A stretch of DNA of 64,000 bases from Flavobacteriales bacterium (GTDB lineage Bacteria; Bacteroidota; Bacteroidia; Flavobacteriales_D; Cryomorphaceae). Below the pieces are notes generated by a model. It made no database searches and had not been told where the DNA came from. It was given only the letters and a program-made list of their open reading frames with translations. The position numbers and the translations under genes were made by a program. Of this stretch, positions 29,298 to 39,203 are shown piece after piece; positions within the stretch are counted from its first letter, which is position 1; each line of letters starts with the position of its first letter. The DNA is taken from the NCBI GenBank assembly GCA_038321615.1, contig JBBQFC010000004.1, positions 12,768 to 76,767 on the forward strand, written 5' to 3'.

Positions 29298-29657
29298 CTA
29301 TTTTCAGCGGGAATGGATGTCGCGAATTTCGATGCTATTGAAAAATTCGGCTCTTCCTTGGCCTATTTTTTAACGGTAAAAAGCGGAGTTCAGAATCCTA
29401 TTAAAACACGTGCTTTGATATTGTCTATTGGCCCAAATGATGGATTTCCTAAAAACATTTATATTATGAACTCTATCGTTCAACCGTTCTAAAACTCGTC
29501 GACACGCTTTCTTTCTTACTTTCTTTCTTACTCTAGACGAGCAAGGTTTTTCTAAATGGAATAATTAACGCTAGTTAACCCTAAGGAAACATTTTAATAA
29601 CACAATTTACATAACGCTTAGCCTTCCTTTCCGTAAGACTTTGGAAAGGTTTAGCAC

Positions 29658-31703
29658 ATGCGCAATCTCCCCATTCGATTAAAATTAAGAGCCGCCTTTA
29701 CGTTAGCAATCGGTATGGCTTTTATTATCCTAATAATACGATTGATCTATGATCAAAATAAAAGTGAAACGGCAGACATCGCAAATGCACTTGAAAAATA
29801 TAAAACGTTAGCGCTCCAAAATTCAAAGGATCAGCAAGAATTTCTGCACATGGATTGCGTGAACGAACAATACTACATAACTGGCACGAGCGACAAAATG
29901 ATCGCTCACCAGAAATGGAAAGCCAAGATGGGGAGCGCAATAACAGAAATTCAAAACTTATCAGTGTCAAAAGCATTGGACTTGGATGATTTACTCTATG
30001 AGCTCAACAGGACTCAGATTCGCTCGTTTGACTCTTTCGATAAATTGGCAAACGCCACAACTCTTGTTGGCTACAAAGACTACGGAATAACCGGAGAAAT
30101 GAGAGAATTTGCTCATCAATTGGAAGATAGCTTTCCTGAATTCCTGAAGCCTGAACTGCTATTAATGTTGAGAAGACATGAGAAAGACTTCATTATTCGG
30201 AAGGAAGAAAAATATGCAAGTAAATTTTTTGATCTCTACCGTAAAATTTCAGTCGAGATGAATTCGACCGTAGGCTCATCAAACGGTCATGACGCAAAAA
30301 TAATTATTGATCAATATGCGGAAGCCTTTGGAAAACTCTACCAGCATAGCAAAAGAATAGGATTAACTTCTGGCTCGGGATTGAAAAGCGATTTGGCTGA
30401 CGCCGAGCAGAATTTGCTGGATCAAACAGATCAACTTTTGGTGACTATAAGTGAGAGATCAAAAAATATTCTGCTACGACTACAGATTTACTTTTGGATT
30501 GCAATATCGGGCTGCTTACTTACCCTCATGGCACTGGTAAATTATCTTGCTCGTCTTCTATCCAGACCAGTTCTCATACTTTCGCAACATGTTGATCAGT
30601 TTGTAAGCTCTGATTTTGGGAGCAACATCAAAATTGAAAGTTTCGAAAATCGGCGTGATGAGTTCGGTGGGCTTTATAATAATTTCAAGAAGTTAGCCGA
30701 AGAAATAACCGTTTCATTCAAAGACTACAGGCAAAATGCTGAACAGAAGCAGGCAGAAGTTTTAGAGAAAACTCAAAAGATAGAAGCGCAAAGAAAACAG
30801 CTGGAAACCCATAAAAATCTGCTTATAGGAAAAAATACGGCAATTATGGATAGTATCCGATATGCGCAGCGGCTTCAAGAGGCCATATTCCCAAGCAGTA
30901 AACATATCTCAGAAATTTTGGGAGATTATACCCTAATTTTTAAACCAAAGGATGTTGTTTCCGGAGATTTTTACTGGATTTACGAAACTCCCGATTCAAT
31001 ATTTTGGGCGGTCGGAGACTGCACCGGACACGGGGTTCCTGGAGCTTTCATGAGCATTTTGGGTTATACTTTTCTGAAGCAAGCTGTAGCTGATATGGAT
31101 CTTCGAGAAACCCATGACATCTTAGACTATCTAAACATGGCAATTTCTGAATTGCTCAATAAAAACAACGGTGTGGGTGAAATTAAAGATGGGATGGATA
31201 TCGCACTTTGCCGTTATATAAAACGTGATGGAGTACTTCAATTTTCTGGAGCAAATCGGCCCTTATGCATCATTCGAAACGGTAACGTAGAAATCTATAA
31301 ATCCGATCGATTACCGGTAGGATGGTACTTCGAAAAAGCCCGAGCAGCGTTTACTTCAAAACAGATTCAACTCGAAGATTCTGATTTAATTTACCTTTTC
31401 TCCGATGGATATTACGATCAATTTGGCGGTTCCAATGACAAAAAATTGAAATTCAATAGTTTTAAATCGCTTCTTACAGAACTACATCCTTTTGATCATC
31501 AAGCCAATTACAGGCTCCTGATGTTCAGTTTAGATCATTGGCAGCAAAAGACCGAGCAAGTGGACGACATCTGCGTATTGGGAATAGGCACGGCGAAACT
31601 CAAATCTTACAGTGCCGCAAAGCATATTTCAAAAAATGTAAGTACGCACGTCCCAAAAGGAACTCAAACGGAAGAAAGTGGCAGATTCAAAAGAGTAAAG
31701 TAA
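29658..31703 (+). CDS. Membrane sensor PP2C/SpoIIE-family protein phosphatase
   Basis: N-terminal TM, ~250-aa extracytoplasmic region, second TM, HAMP-like linker and coiled coil. SpoIIE/PP2C domain (VSGDFYW...VGDCTGHGVPGAFMS...DGYYDQFGG...DDICVLG). Confidence 0.85.
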   Translation: MRNLPIRLKLRAAFTLAIGMAFIILIIRLIYDQNKSETADIANALEKYKTLALQNSKDQQEFLHMDCVNEQYYITGTSDKMIAHQKWKAKMGSAITEIQNLSVSKALDLDDLLYELNRTQIRSFDSFDKLANATTLVGYKDYGITGEMREFAHQLEDSFPEFLKPELLLMLRRHEKDFIIRKEEKYASKFFDLYRKISVEMNSTVGSSNGHDAKIIIDQYAEAFGKLYQHSKRIGLTSGSGLKSDLADAEQNLLDQTDQLLVTISERSKNILLRLQIYFWIAISGCLLTLMALVNYLARLLSRPVLILSQHVDQFVSSDFGSNIKIESFENRRDEFGGLYNNFKKLAEEITVSFKDYRQNAEQKQAEVLEKTQKIEAQRKQLETHKNLLIGKNTAIMDSIRYAQRLQEAIFPSSKHISEILGDYTLIFKPKDVVSGDFYWIYETPDSIFWAVGDCTGHGVPGAFMSILGYTFLKQAVADMDLRETHDILDYLNMAISELLNKNNGVGEIKDGMDIALCRYIKRDGVLQFSGANRPLCIIRNGNVEIYKSDRLPVGWYFEKARAAFTSKQIQLEDSDLIYLFSDGYYDQFGGSNDKKLKFNSFKSLLTELHPFDHQANYRLLMFSLDHWQQKTEQVDDICVLGIGTAKLKSYSAAKHISKNVSTHVPKGTQTEESGRFKRVK

Positions 31704-31725
31704 ATTTGCCAATCAAAAGTCAACA

Positions 31726-32676
31726 ATGGATGATGAAAAGTCGGGAGTAAATCTCGCGTATGCCAAGGAGCTGCTAGATAGCGGGCAAATAATTGGGATT
31801 CCCACGGAGACAGTTTACGGACTCGCTGCCAATGGATTTGATCCAGATGCTATCATCCGGATATTCGACGCAAAGAAACGTCCGTATTTCGACCCGCTTA
31901 TTTTACACATTGGCCAAGCGGATCAATTGCAATTAGTTGCCAAAAAAGTACCGCAAGATGCGCTCAAACTAGCGCAGCGTTTTTGGCCGGGGCCACTCAC
32001 TATAATCTTAGAGAAGTCCGATCGCATTCCCGATCTGGTTTCTTCCGGACTCCCAACAGTGGGGATTCGAATACCTAGACATCCCATCACCTTAGACTTA
32101 CTCGGCATGCTCGATTACCCCCTTGCCGCTCCAAGTGCCAACCCCTTTGGGTACATCAGCCCCACAAGTGCAGGGCACGTATTGCGGCAATTAGGCGACT
32201 TGATTCCCTACGTTATTGACGGCGGAATGTGCTCCGTGGGTGTAGAATCGACTATTGTAGATCTCAGTGGCGACCAACCGGTAATGCGTCGGCTCGGTGC
32301 CGTAACAAACCAAAGTATTAGTGAGGCATTAGGCAAACCTGTACTCGAAGATTTCCGTGGGGGAAGCAACCCAGCTGCCCCGGGTTTGCTTGCCGGCCAC
32401 TATGCCCCTCGCAAACCGCTGTATTTTGGCGACATCGAAGCTCTCCTTGACCAATTTGGCACTCAGAAAGTCGCAGTATTGGGCTATACGCAAACTTACG
32501 GTTACCCGGGTATTGCCTTAAGCCCTGGCGGAAGCATCAACGAAGCCGCCCGCAATTTATTTGCTGCAATGCGTAAACTCGACGAAAGCAACTACGAAAT
32601 CATTTTGGCTGAAACCATGCCGCATAAAGGAATAGGAAGAGCCATGAATGATCGGCTCCAACGGGCTTCCCGCTAG
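31726..32676 (+). CDS. tsaC: L-threonylcarbamoyladenylate synthase (Sua5/TsaC type, with Sua5 C-terminal domain)
   Basis: YrdC-domain motifs IGIPTETVYGLAANGFD and SANPFGYISPT. 316 aa. Confidence 0.9.
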   Translation: MDDEKSGVNLAYAKELLDSGQIIGIPTETVYGLAANGFDPDAIIRIFDAKKRPYFDPLILHIGQADQLQLVAKKVPQDALKLAQRFWPGPLTIILEKSDRIPDLVSSGLPTVGIRIPRHPITLDLLGMLDYPLAAPSANPFGYISPTSAGHVLRQLGDLIPYVIDGGMCSVGVESTIVDLSGDQPVMRRLGAVTNQSISEALGKPVLEDFRGGSNPAAPGLLAGHYAPRKPLYFGDIEALLDQFGTQKVAVLGYTQTYGYPGIALSPGGSINEAARNLFAAMRKLDESNYEIILAETMPHKGIGRAMNDRLQRASR

Positions 32677-32678
32677 GG

Positions 32679-33377
32679 CTACCTGCCAAATAAATTGCGG
32701 CCACTTCCAAAGCCGAACTCTGTGCCAATTACAAAAAGACGGGTACCTGGAAAAAGGAGCGGTTCACTTACTAAAAAATATGTTCCAAATAAGAAGTTTC
32801 GATTGAAGTTCATATCGAGACCTGCACCGGCTCTGATCCGATCAAAACCCTGAAATCTGGGAAAATCCGGTTCATAAAGCGCGTAGCGCAGATCGAAGTT
32901 CACATAGGGTTGATACTTCCTATTTACACGGTAGCCTATTTTAAAAGTATTCCGCAGGTTAGTTTCCCAGCCGAGTTCACGGTCTTCTCCGTAGTTTATT
33001 GTTCTTTTCTCCCATTGGCCGCGCAGCCTGTTGGCAAAGGTATATCGACCACTTTTAAAACGGAGCGTAAGGTCGCCGCCCAGCCGGTGCCTATGGCCGT
33101 AAATGCCAGACGCCCGGCGATCGAGTATGTACCGATAGTGGCCACCGACACGGACGTGTTTATTGATTTTATATTGCAGACCCAGATTAGTGAAAGCACG
33201 GTCGAGCTGCGATAGATTCTGCCCGAAGCGAAACTCTTGATCGATTTCAATTTCAAAATCCTTGGTCAAATCGGTAGCAAAGCTGAATGTAGTCCATCCG
33301 CCAAAATCTTGATCGACTTGAGCCTTTGCATAAGCAATACCGCATAAGAAAACAATAAGCCAAAAGGCCTTAAGCAT
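32679..33377 (-). CDS. DUF2490-like outer-membrane protein
   Basis: Signal peptide MLKAFWLIVFLCGIAYAKAQ, then beta-rich GGWTTFSFATDL...QEFRFGQNLSQLDR typical of DUF2490. 8-nt overlap with the upstream gene. Confidence 0.6.
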   Translation of the reverse strand: MLKAFWLIVFLCGIAYAKAQVDQDFGGWTTFSFATDLTKDFEIEIDQEFRFGQNLSQLDRAFTNLGLQYKINKHVRVGGHYRYILDRRASGIYGHRHRLGGDLTLRFKSGRYTFANRLRGQWEKRTINYGEDRELGWETNLRNTFKIGYRVNRKYQPYVNFDLRYALYEPDFPRFQGFDRIRAGAGLDMNFNRNFLFGTYFLVSEPLLFPGTRLFVIGTEFGFGSGRNLFGR

Positions 33378-34104
33378 CGTTATCCTGCTTGCTGTGGTAG
33401 TAAACTTTAATGGTAGCCGTATCGCGAAGAAAATCGATTTTCTTGATGTAAAGTTTGTGCACTACAAGACCCGTGCGAGCCTGAATATCTGCTTTAAGCT
33501 CCGCTCTATGCTCCGGCTTAATAAGCTCTATGCGTTCGTATTCGATGGTTTTCACAAATCCCGTTTGGACAAATACATTCCCTTCCACCAGGAAAGCCAT
33601 AATCAAGATTACTAAATTCATTAGACCGATTTCGAGTATCGATCCTTCTGTTAGCGAAGCGATAAGACCTAAGGTGATAGAAATGAATAAATAGGTCATA
33701 TCTCGGGCGGTGATATCTTCCGTGCGGTAGCGCAAAATGCTGAAAATCGCGAATAACCCGAACGCAGCGCCCACGCCAAAACCACTGTTGTTGTTGAGCA
33801 AAGTGGTGATGATCAATATAATGATATTGAACATAAAGAAGGTGAAGAAGAAATCGTAGCGGCCGTAAACCGGATAATAAATGAACCGGATGAGAATGAA
33901 CATCGCAAGGAGATCTACTGCCATACGAATGAAAAAATGCAGGTCGAAGCGCCCCAAGGCCAAGCTGAAAAATTCAATAGGCTCGGCAGTTGCGGTCGGA
34001 ATGCTTTCCATACCCCAGGGATCTTGACCTAGCCCCAGGAAGGGAAGGACGATACAAACGATTAATAGGAGAAATGATGGTTTCGAGCTAAAAAGTGAAC
34101 GCAT
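33370..34104 (-). CDS. DUF4956-like polytopic membrane protein
   Basis: 4-5 TM helices and FSILRYRTEDITARDMTYLFISITLGLI, which resembles the DUF4956 core. Start placed at ATG 34104. Confidence 0.6.
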   Translation of the reverse strand: MRSLFSSKPSFLLLIVCIVLPFLGLGQDPWGMESIPTATAEPIEFFSLALGRFDLHFFIRMAVDLLAMFILIRFIYYPVYGRYDFFFTFFMFNIIILIITTLLNNNSGFGVGAAFGLFAIFSILRYRTEDITARDMTYLFISITLGLIASLTEGSILEIGLMNLVILIMAFLVEGNVFVQTGFVKTIEYERIELIKPEHRAELKADIQARTGLVVHKLYIKKIDFLRDTATIKVYYHSKQDNDA

Positions 34105-34864
34105 GGTCAATTTTTTGGAGGTAGTGCAGGTTTGGTTTAAAGGCATTCGATTTGAGATTCTTGTGCAATAAAGTCATCGATAAGCAGTACTTACTAAAGG
34201 AAAACTCTCGAATAGAAAGGCTTCGCAGGGCTGCTACGGCTGGCGAACGGCGTATGGCATCGGTTTTCACTTCAATGATCGCTACATCGCCAAAATGAGC
34301 AGACCGCCCATCTTGTTCCGTCGAAATACGAAAATCAATTGATACGCGCTCATTCAGAACGGTATCAATAAGCGCTATGCGGTGGTAGTGAATAGCAACC
34401 GTGGCGCCGAGACTTTTTAAAACTTCTTCGGGAAAATAGTTTGCCAGAAAAGTTCGTGAAGTACTTGAAAGGAGGCTGTCATTGTAGCCCACACGCGTTC
34501 GCTCTTTGCGAGTAAAACCCTTGTTATTCTTCATTTTCACCTCCATAAAGGCGGTGCCTGTATTGGAATATTTGCGGATACGGATCTTTGATCGCGTCGC
34601 TCTTCGGGCGTGGTGTGCCTTGAAAAACGACAAATCTGCTGTGTCTAAATACTGCGAAGAATAGGGCGAAATGGATTGGCCTGCCGCAGTAATATTTTGA
34701 TAATCTTGAGTAATGAGCTTCAAGAAAGCGGCAATGTCATCCTTATGACATAGAAATTTACGGTCGAAACGCTTCATTAAGATTTCCGCTGGAAGAGCTT
34801 CTAGTTCGATTTTTTCGAAAGGCGACACAGCTTGAACAATACAATCGGGGTATTGCTCATTCAT
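34088..34864 (-). CDS. VTC-domain (polyphosphate-polymerase-like, CYTH/triphosphate-tunnel fold) protein
   Basis: RFDRKFL near the N-terminus. IRIRKYSNTGTAFMEVKMKNNKGFTRKERT and IEVKTD basic beta-strand pattern are typical of bacterial VTC proteins. Confidence 0.65.
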   Translation of the reverse strand: MNEQYPDCIVQAVSPFEKIELEALPAEILMKRFDRKFLCHKDDIAAFLKLITQDYQNITAAGQSISPYSSQYLDTADLSFFKAHHARRATRSKIRIRKYSNTGTAFMEVKMKNNKGFTRKERTRVGYNDSLLSSTSRTFLANYFPEEVLKSLGATVAIHYHRIALIDTVLNERVSIDFRISTEQDGRSAHFGDVAIIEVKTDAIRRSPAVAALRSLSIREFSFSKYCLSMTLLHKNLKSNAFKPNLHYLQKIDHAFTF

Positions 34865-35435
34865 ACATGTAGGCTTTTGTTTCTACCAAGATACCGTCAA
34901 CTTCGGTGCGTTTCCCGATTTTAAAACCCCGGTCATCGAAGGAATATATTTCAATTCGGGTCTCATTTCTATCACCAAACACGGTGCGTTTTTCCACCAC
35001 ATCGCCAAAGCTATTGTAGGTGTAAAAAGTAGTGCTCACAAGCTCGCCTGCCCTGTTATAGTATGCCGTGGAAAGCTTATCCCCTTTTTTAAATTTATGT
35101 ACTTGCTTTTCGTATTCGGCCGAGCGCTCTTGGGGATTTCGATCGTAAGGTTGGTCGCGTACTTCTTCTATAATATCATCTCCTTCGTACAACCGCTTTT
35201 CAGTGGTCTTGACGTTTCCGTCGGGGAGCATATCGACTTTTTCCACCCATTCGCCATCTGCATTGTAACTTTCGTGTTCTGAAATGTAAGGCTCCAGAGC
35301 TTCACCATTAGCGTACGGCGTTGTAAGTTCTTTCATAGACTTAATGCCATACGTCTTCTTTAGCTTCGATTGCCCGTAAGCTGAAGCCAGGAATAATGGA
35401 AAAAGTATCAGGAATGCAGCCGTGCTCTTCTTCAT
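34857..35435 (-). CDS. Secreted protein with YD/MORN-like beta-hairpin repeats, unknown function
   Basis: Signal peptide MKKSTAAFLILFPLFLASAYGQ. Recurrent Y-x-Y-(N/D)-x-x-G-x-(V/L) units. 8-nt overlap with the VTC gene. Confidence 0.55.
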   Translation of the reverse strand: MKKSTAAFLILFPLFLASAYGQSKLKKTYGIKSMKELTTPYANGEALEPYISEHESYNADGEWVEKVDMLPDGNVKTTEKRLYEGDDIIEEVRDQPYDRNPQERSAEYEKQVHKFKKGDKLSTAYYNRAGELVSTTFYTYNSFGDVVEKRTVFGDRNETRIEIYSFDDRGFKIGKRTEVDGILVETKAYMYE

Positions 35436-35824
35436 CTTACCACCACAATATCGGGTAAAACTATTTTGGCTTTTCGGTCGGATATTTCAACTTCCAACCT
35501 ACGCGTTTCGTTGGCATCGGTAAGGTCGCAAGCGTTCGAAATTGCGTAAACGGTGTACCTACCTTCTTGTAAATAAGGAAACCAATAAGTGCCATCTGGA
35601 CCCGTGCGCACACGTTCAAAATAAGAAGGTTCATCGCCCGCAATGATATAGACTTCTTCATCTACACCATAATAGGTAGCTCGCAAATCGCTGCAATTCC
35701 CATTATACTCTTCGATCCAGACCTTACCCTGTATGGATGCTTTTCCGCCAGGACCAGGATCCTTTTCGCAGGCTGAAAAAATAAAAATGGCTATTAAAAA
35801 GCTAAAAATCGTGCAGCGCTTCAT
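35432..35824 (-). CDS. Small lipoprotein with carboxypeptidase-regulatory-like (CarboxypepD_reg) beta-sandwich features
   Basis: Lipobox MKRCTIFSFLIAIFIFSAC. IQGKVW...TGPDGTYWFPYLQEGRYTVYA. ATGA overlap with the downstream gene. Confidence 0.55.
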   Translation of the reverse strand: MKRCTIFSFLIAIFIFSACEKDPGPGGKASIQGKVWIEEYNGNCSDLRATYYGVDEEVYIIAGDEPSYFERVRTGPDGTYWFPYLQEGRYTVYAISNACDLTDANETRRLEVEISDRKAKIVLPDIVVVR

Positions 35825-35890
35825 GGTCTCAAAGAGCCAAATATCGCAAACCTTGACGACATGGTAACATTGGCTTAACATTAAACGCGA

Positions 35891-38800
35891 TTAACGAATC
35901 AAGGTAATGTGTCCAAGCCGCTCCACAATCTCGCCTGTAATAGTATTGGTATACCTTATAAAATAAGCATAAACACCAGCTTCGCAGTAGTAATCGCCGC
36001 CATCAAGGTTTCCATTCCAGCCTTTATCAATATCGAAAGTGGTCCAAATAGTCTTCCCCCAGCGATCGATTACGGCGAAGCGAAAATCTTCCACGGCTAT
36101 CTCATTGGCGTAGGCCTTAAATAGATCGTTGACCCCATCGCCATTAGGGGTAAAGGAATTTGGAATATACACGTTGTGGATACGCTCTTTGAAATGAGCG
36201 ATCAGACGCGCCGGGCCCAAGAATTTGTAATTCTGATAACCCACTTCGGGATAAGCGATGGGGTACCCGAAGAAGACTTCCCAATGAGAAAATTCGTAGA
36301 TGCCGCGATTGATTGGGTCAAGCAAGATAAAGTCATTTGATAGAAAACGCTTCTCGTAAGGGAACGTGTCTTCAAATATTCCGTCAATGCGCATCACGCC
36401 TGCTCCTTCGGGTTCTACTTCGACTTGCAGGAGGTAATTTGGCAACTCGACGTAGTTCGCAATAACCACATCAGCAGTATTAAATACGGTAATAATCTCC
36501 GCGCTCGACTCATTAGGCGCTGGTATAGCGTTCAGAATACTCCAATGCGAAAATTCGTGAAAAGGAAGTAGAGACGCTGTTTCCAAAAGCACATCCACAC
36601 CGCCGGGTATTTGCAGATTTGCGGGAAGTGGGGTTATGTCGCTTTCGTTCATCCGCATGCTACCGGCGCCAGCGGGGACTACGTTGAAACTAACGGAGTA
36701 AATAAGTTCTTCGAAGAAAGCCGTTATCGACCCATCAGCGTCGGCGGAGAACAGGTTTTCGGCCGAAATAGGCGCATTAACAAAGACAAAATCCGATTGC
36801 CAATAATCAAAAGCCCAGCCACCATTTGCCGTAGCAAGTATAGCATAATCAGTAGCTGGAAGCTCTATGGTAACAGGAAAGGAATTATAGGTAACACCGT
36901 TCAAAGTGATGCTCCCGCCAAGCGCTGGCTCAGCATTCAAGGTGATATTATAAACTTGGTCGGGTACAAAATGAGCGACCAGGGTATCATTTGCAGTGAA
37001 GGTCAGTAAGATTGCCTCATCCAATTCGTCGGGAGTTATTACGGTATTGTTCGACGTCCAATGCGAAAAGGAAAAGCCAGGATTTTCATCGGCATCAAAA
37101 GGCACTTCGATGCCTCCAAAATAGGCGGTAGTGTAGGGATAGGTCGAGATTTCAAAAGAACTTAGATCGATTCGACCACCCTCTGGTGGATCGGCCATAA
37201 GCGTTATTTGATAAGGGCCGCTCAATTCCGGATAGCAATCAATAAAGCCATCGTTGACTGTAGCGCAGCGGGTATCGATGAAATCGTGAATCTCTTGAAC
37301 GTTCGACTCCCACTCGGCCATGCTCCCGCCCCAACGGGTAATGTGGCCGGGCATTTCAGGAGCGATAAGGCCAACTAAACTATCTAAGTGGTTATGCATA
37401 AAATCGCAACTGAAGTAGATGCCACTCAGATCAGAAAATCGATTAACATACTCCGAGAAGAATTGATCGTTGGTCAGCAGTGCGTTCCAAATAGGCACAT
37501 GGCCTTGACCGCCAGGGTCACCAATTTGAGCCGGGTCGCAGATATCCGCGTTAGCCGATTGATCGGGAATACCCGTAAAATTGACGTAATGCCCAAAAGT
37601 GGCGTCCATATCCCATAGAATATAACGCCATCTCCGACCGTCACCATCTGGATTGCGCCCACGCCACCAACCCGTATTCCAATTGAGCCAGTCGGCGCAA
37701 ACGGTGTAGGAGTTCAACGTGAAATAATCGATCAAACTGGTTACATTGAATCGATCCACTACATATTCGTAATTGGCATCGACAGACATGTCATTACCTA
37801 AAATATAATCGCGGAGATCGTACCATTCATCTGCTGAGCCAAATTCTTCCCAAGTGCCTCCCCAGGTTTTTAAGAAATCTACGTCATTGGAACCTTGGTC
37901 GTAATAATGATCGGTGAAGTCGATGTCATCAACCTTTTCGCGAATCTCATACACACCCCAATATTGCCCGTTCACGTACATCACGCAGGGTTCGTAGCTA
38001 CGCTCATCGAGCTTAAGGTCGGCTACTTGCGAAAGGCTTTGCACATAAGCATCGCGTATGTGGGCACCGCCGTTTTCAAAAGGGTAATTATCGCTAGCAG
38101 CAGCCTTCAGAATCAGGCGTTGGTAGCCATCTCTATCCTTCCCTGGAAACACCGGGTATTCAATTTCATTGCCGTAGCCAAACTCGTCTTGGGTTATATA
38201 GTCAATTCCGCGCTGCGGATAGGCCCACGAATCATTTCCATGTTCATTGAAATCGCCTAGTGCTTGAGCAAGCAGCTCTCCCTGCGGTGAGAAAAGCTCA
38301 AAATGGCCAACGGGTTCAATTTGTTGTCCGTTCAGCAGGGTTAAAAGTTGATTGCCACTTACGGAAACAATTGGCGTGCTATGTGTCTGGTTTAGGAAAT
38401 AGGTGTGGGTGGCAATGAAACTAGGAGGCGTATCGGGATTGCTGCTGAAAGCTCTCGCCCGAATTACCGTCGTTACTGCCAGATTGATAGACCCCGTATA
38501 TACTTGACTGGAGACGATTGGCTCCGAGCCATCGGTAGTGTAGCGAATAGTTGCGCCAGGAGTAGCGGAAGTAATGGTAACATTTGCGTTTCCGGAATAA
38601 TATCCAGGTGCCGTTGCAATTGTAAGCTCGGGATACTCATCGCGCGGAGCTGCATTCGGATTGCCCGGAGTTGGCGTAGTAAATATCGACCAGGTGTTGC
38701 CGCCATCGGTTGTCCTTCCTCGGGAATGCCCACGCTGATTAGCGGTAAGCAATAGGTAGCTATCGACAATGATCCCCCCCGGATTGCTTAGTACTGCTCC

Positions 38801-39145
38801 TTCTTGCTTGGCTTGGGTAATTTTAAAATTAGTGTGCAAATTTGGAAGGGTCTGAATATCCCGACCCGAACACCAAAACCGGAGAAAACCATTACCCGCA
38901 ATATTAATTCCGGCCGGAATAGCCCACTTCATGGGTTCCAGCTCGTTGTCGCTCAAATAAAATCCGCTCAAATCTACTGGTGTGCCAGAAGTATTATAGA
39001 GCTCCAGCCAATCTTCGTAATCGCCAAAATTATCTATGAAGCCACCTCCTTGAAAATTTGCGGCACTCAATTCGTTTATTACCACTTGAGCGCGCAAGGA
39101 GAACCCTATCGAAAAGGCAAAAAGCAGCGTAAGCAATCGGTTCAT
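35891..39145 (-). CDS. CotH-family (atypical protein kinase fold) surface protein with N-terminal lamin-tail domain and T9SS type-B (CHU_C) C-terminal domain
   Basis: LTD (VINELSAANF...DWLELYNTSGTPVDLSGFYLSD). CHB_HEX_C-like module (ATIRYTTDGSEP). CotH core (YVNGQYWGVYEIREKVD). InlB-B-repeat-like modules. C-terminus IPNSFTPNGDGVNDLF. Confidence 0.8.
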   Translation of the reverse strand: MNRLLTLLFAFSIGFSLRAQVVINELSAANFQGGGFIDNFGDYEDWLELYNTSGTPVDLSGFYLSDNELEPMKWAIPAGINIAGNGFLRFWCSGRDIQTLPNLHTNFKITQAKQEGAVLSNPGGIIVDSYLLLTANQRGHSRGRTTDGGNTWSIFTTPTPGNPNAAPRDEYPELTIATAPGYYSGNANVTITSATPGATIRYTTDGSEPIVSSQVYTGSINLAVTTVIRARAFSSNPDTPPSFIATHTYFLNQTHSTPIVSVSGNQLLTLLNGQQIEPVGHFELFSPQGELLAQALGDFNEHGNDSWAYPQRGIDYITQDEFGYGNEIEYPVFPGKDRDGYQRLILKAAASDNYPFENGGAHIRDAYVQSLSQVADLKLDERSYEPCVMYVNGQYWGVYEIREKVDDIDFTDHYYDQGSNDVDFLKTWGGTWEEFGSADEWYDLRDYILGNDMSVDANYEYVVDRFNVTSLIDYFTLNSYTVCADWLNWNTGWWRGRNPDGDGRRWRYILWDMDATFGHYVNFTGIPDQSANADICDPAQIGDPGGQGHVPIWNALLTNDQFFSEYVNRFSDLSGIYFSCDFMHNHLDSLVGLIAPEMPGHITRWGGSMAEWESNVQEIHDFIDTRCATVNDGFIDCYPELSGPYQITLMADPPEGGRIDLSSFEISTYPYTTAYFGGIEVPFDADENPGFSFSHWTSNNTVITPDELDEAILLTFTANDTLVAHFVPDQVYNITLNAEPALGGSITLNGVTYNSFPVTIELPATDYAILATANGGWAFDYWQSDFVFVNAPISAENLFSADADGSITAFFEELIYSVSFNVVPAGAGSMRMNESDITPLPANLQIPGGVDVLLETASLLPFHEFSHWSILNAIPAPNESSAEIITVFNTADVVIANYVELPNYLLQVEVEPEGAGVMRIDGIFEDTFPYEKRFLSNDFILLDPINRGIYEFSHWEVFFGYPIAYPEVGYQNYKFLGPARLIAHFKERIHNVYIPNSFTPNGDGVNDLFKAYANEIAVEDFRFAVIDRWGKTIWTTFDIDKGWNGNLDGGDYYCEAGVYAYFIRYTNTITGEIVERLGHITLIR

Positions 39146-39203
39146 AAAGCAGGTTAAAAAATGGTTTCAGTTCATTGACGATACGTTTAGATACAAGTTG
39201 TAT

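Noticed and set aside
29081-29341. 86-aa plus-strand ORF
   Set aside because: It runs straight across the tRNA-Arg gene and its terminator on the opposite strand, so it is an artefact.
29508-29531. 12-bp direct duplication TTTCTTTCTTAC x2
   Set aside because: Only two copies in an AT-rich intergenic region, which fits a simple slippage duplication. No associated structure or motif supports a function.
29063-29657. tRNA-Arg as an integration site of a mobile element
   Set aside because: No integrase, transposase or phage gene sits on either side, and I saw no direct repeat of the tRNA 3' end nearby. The flanking genes are ordinary chromosomal genes.
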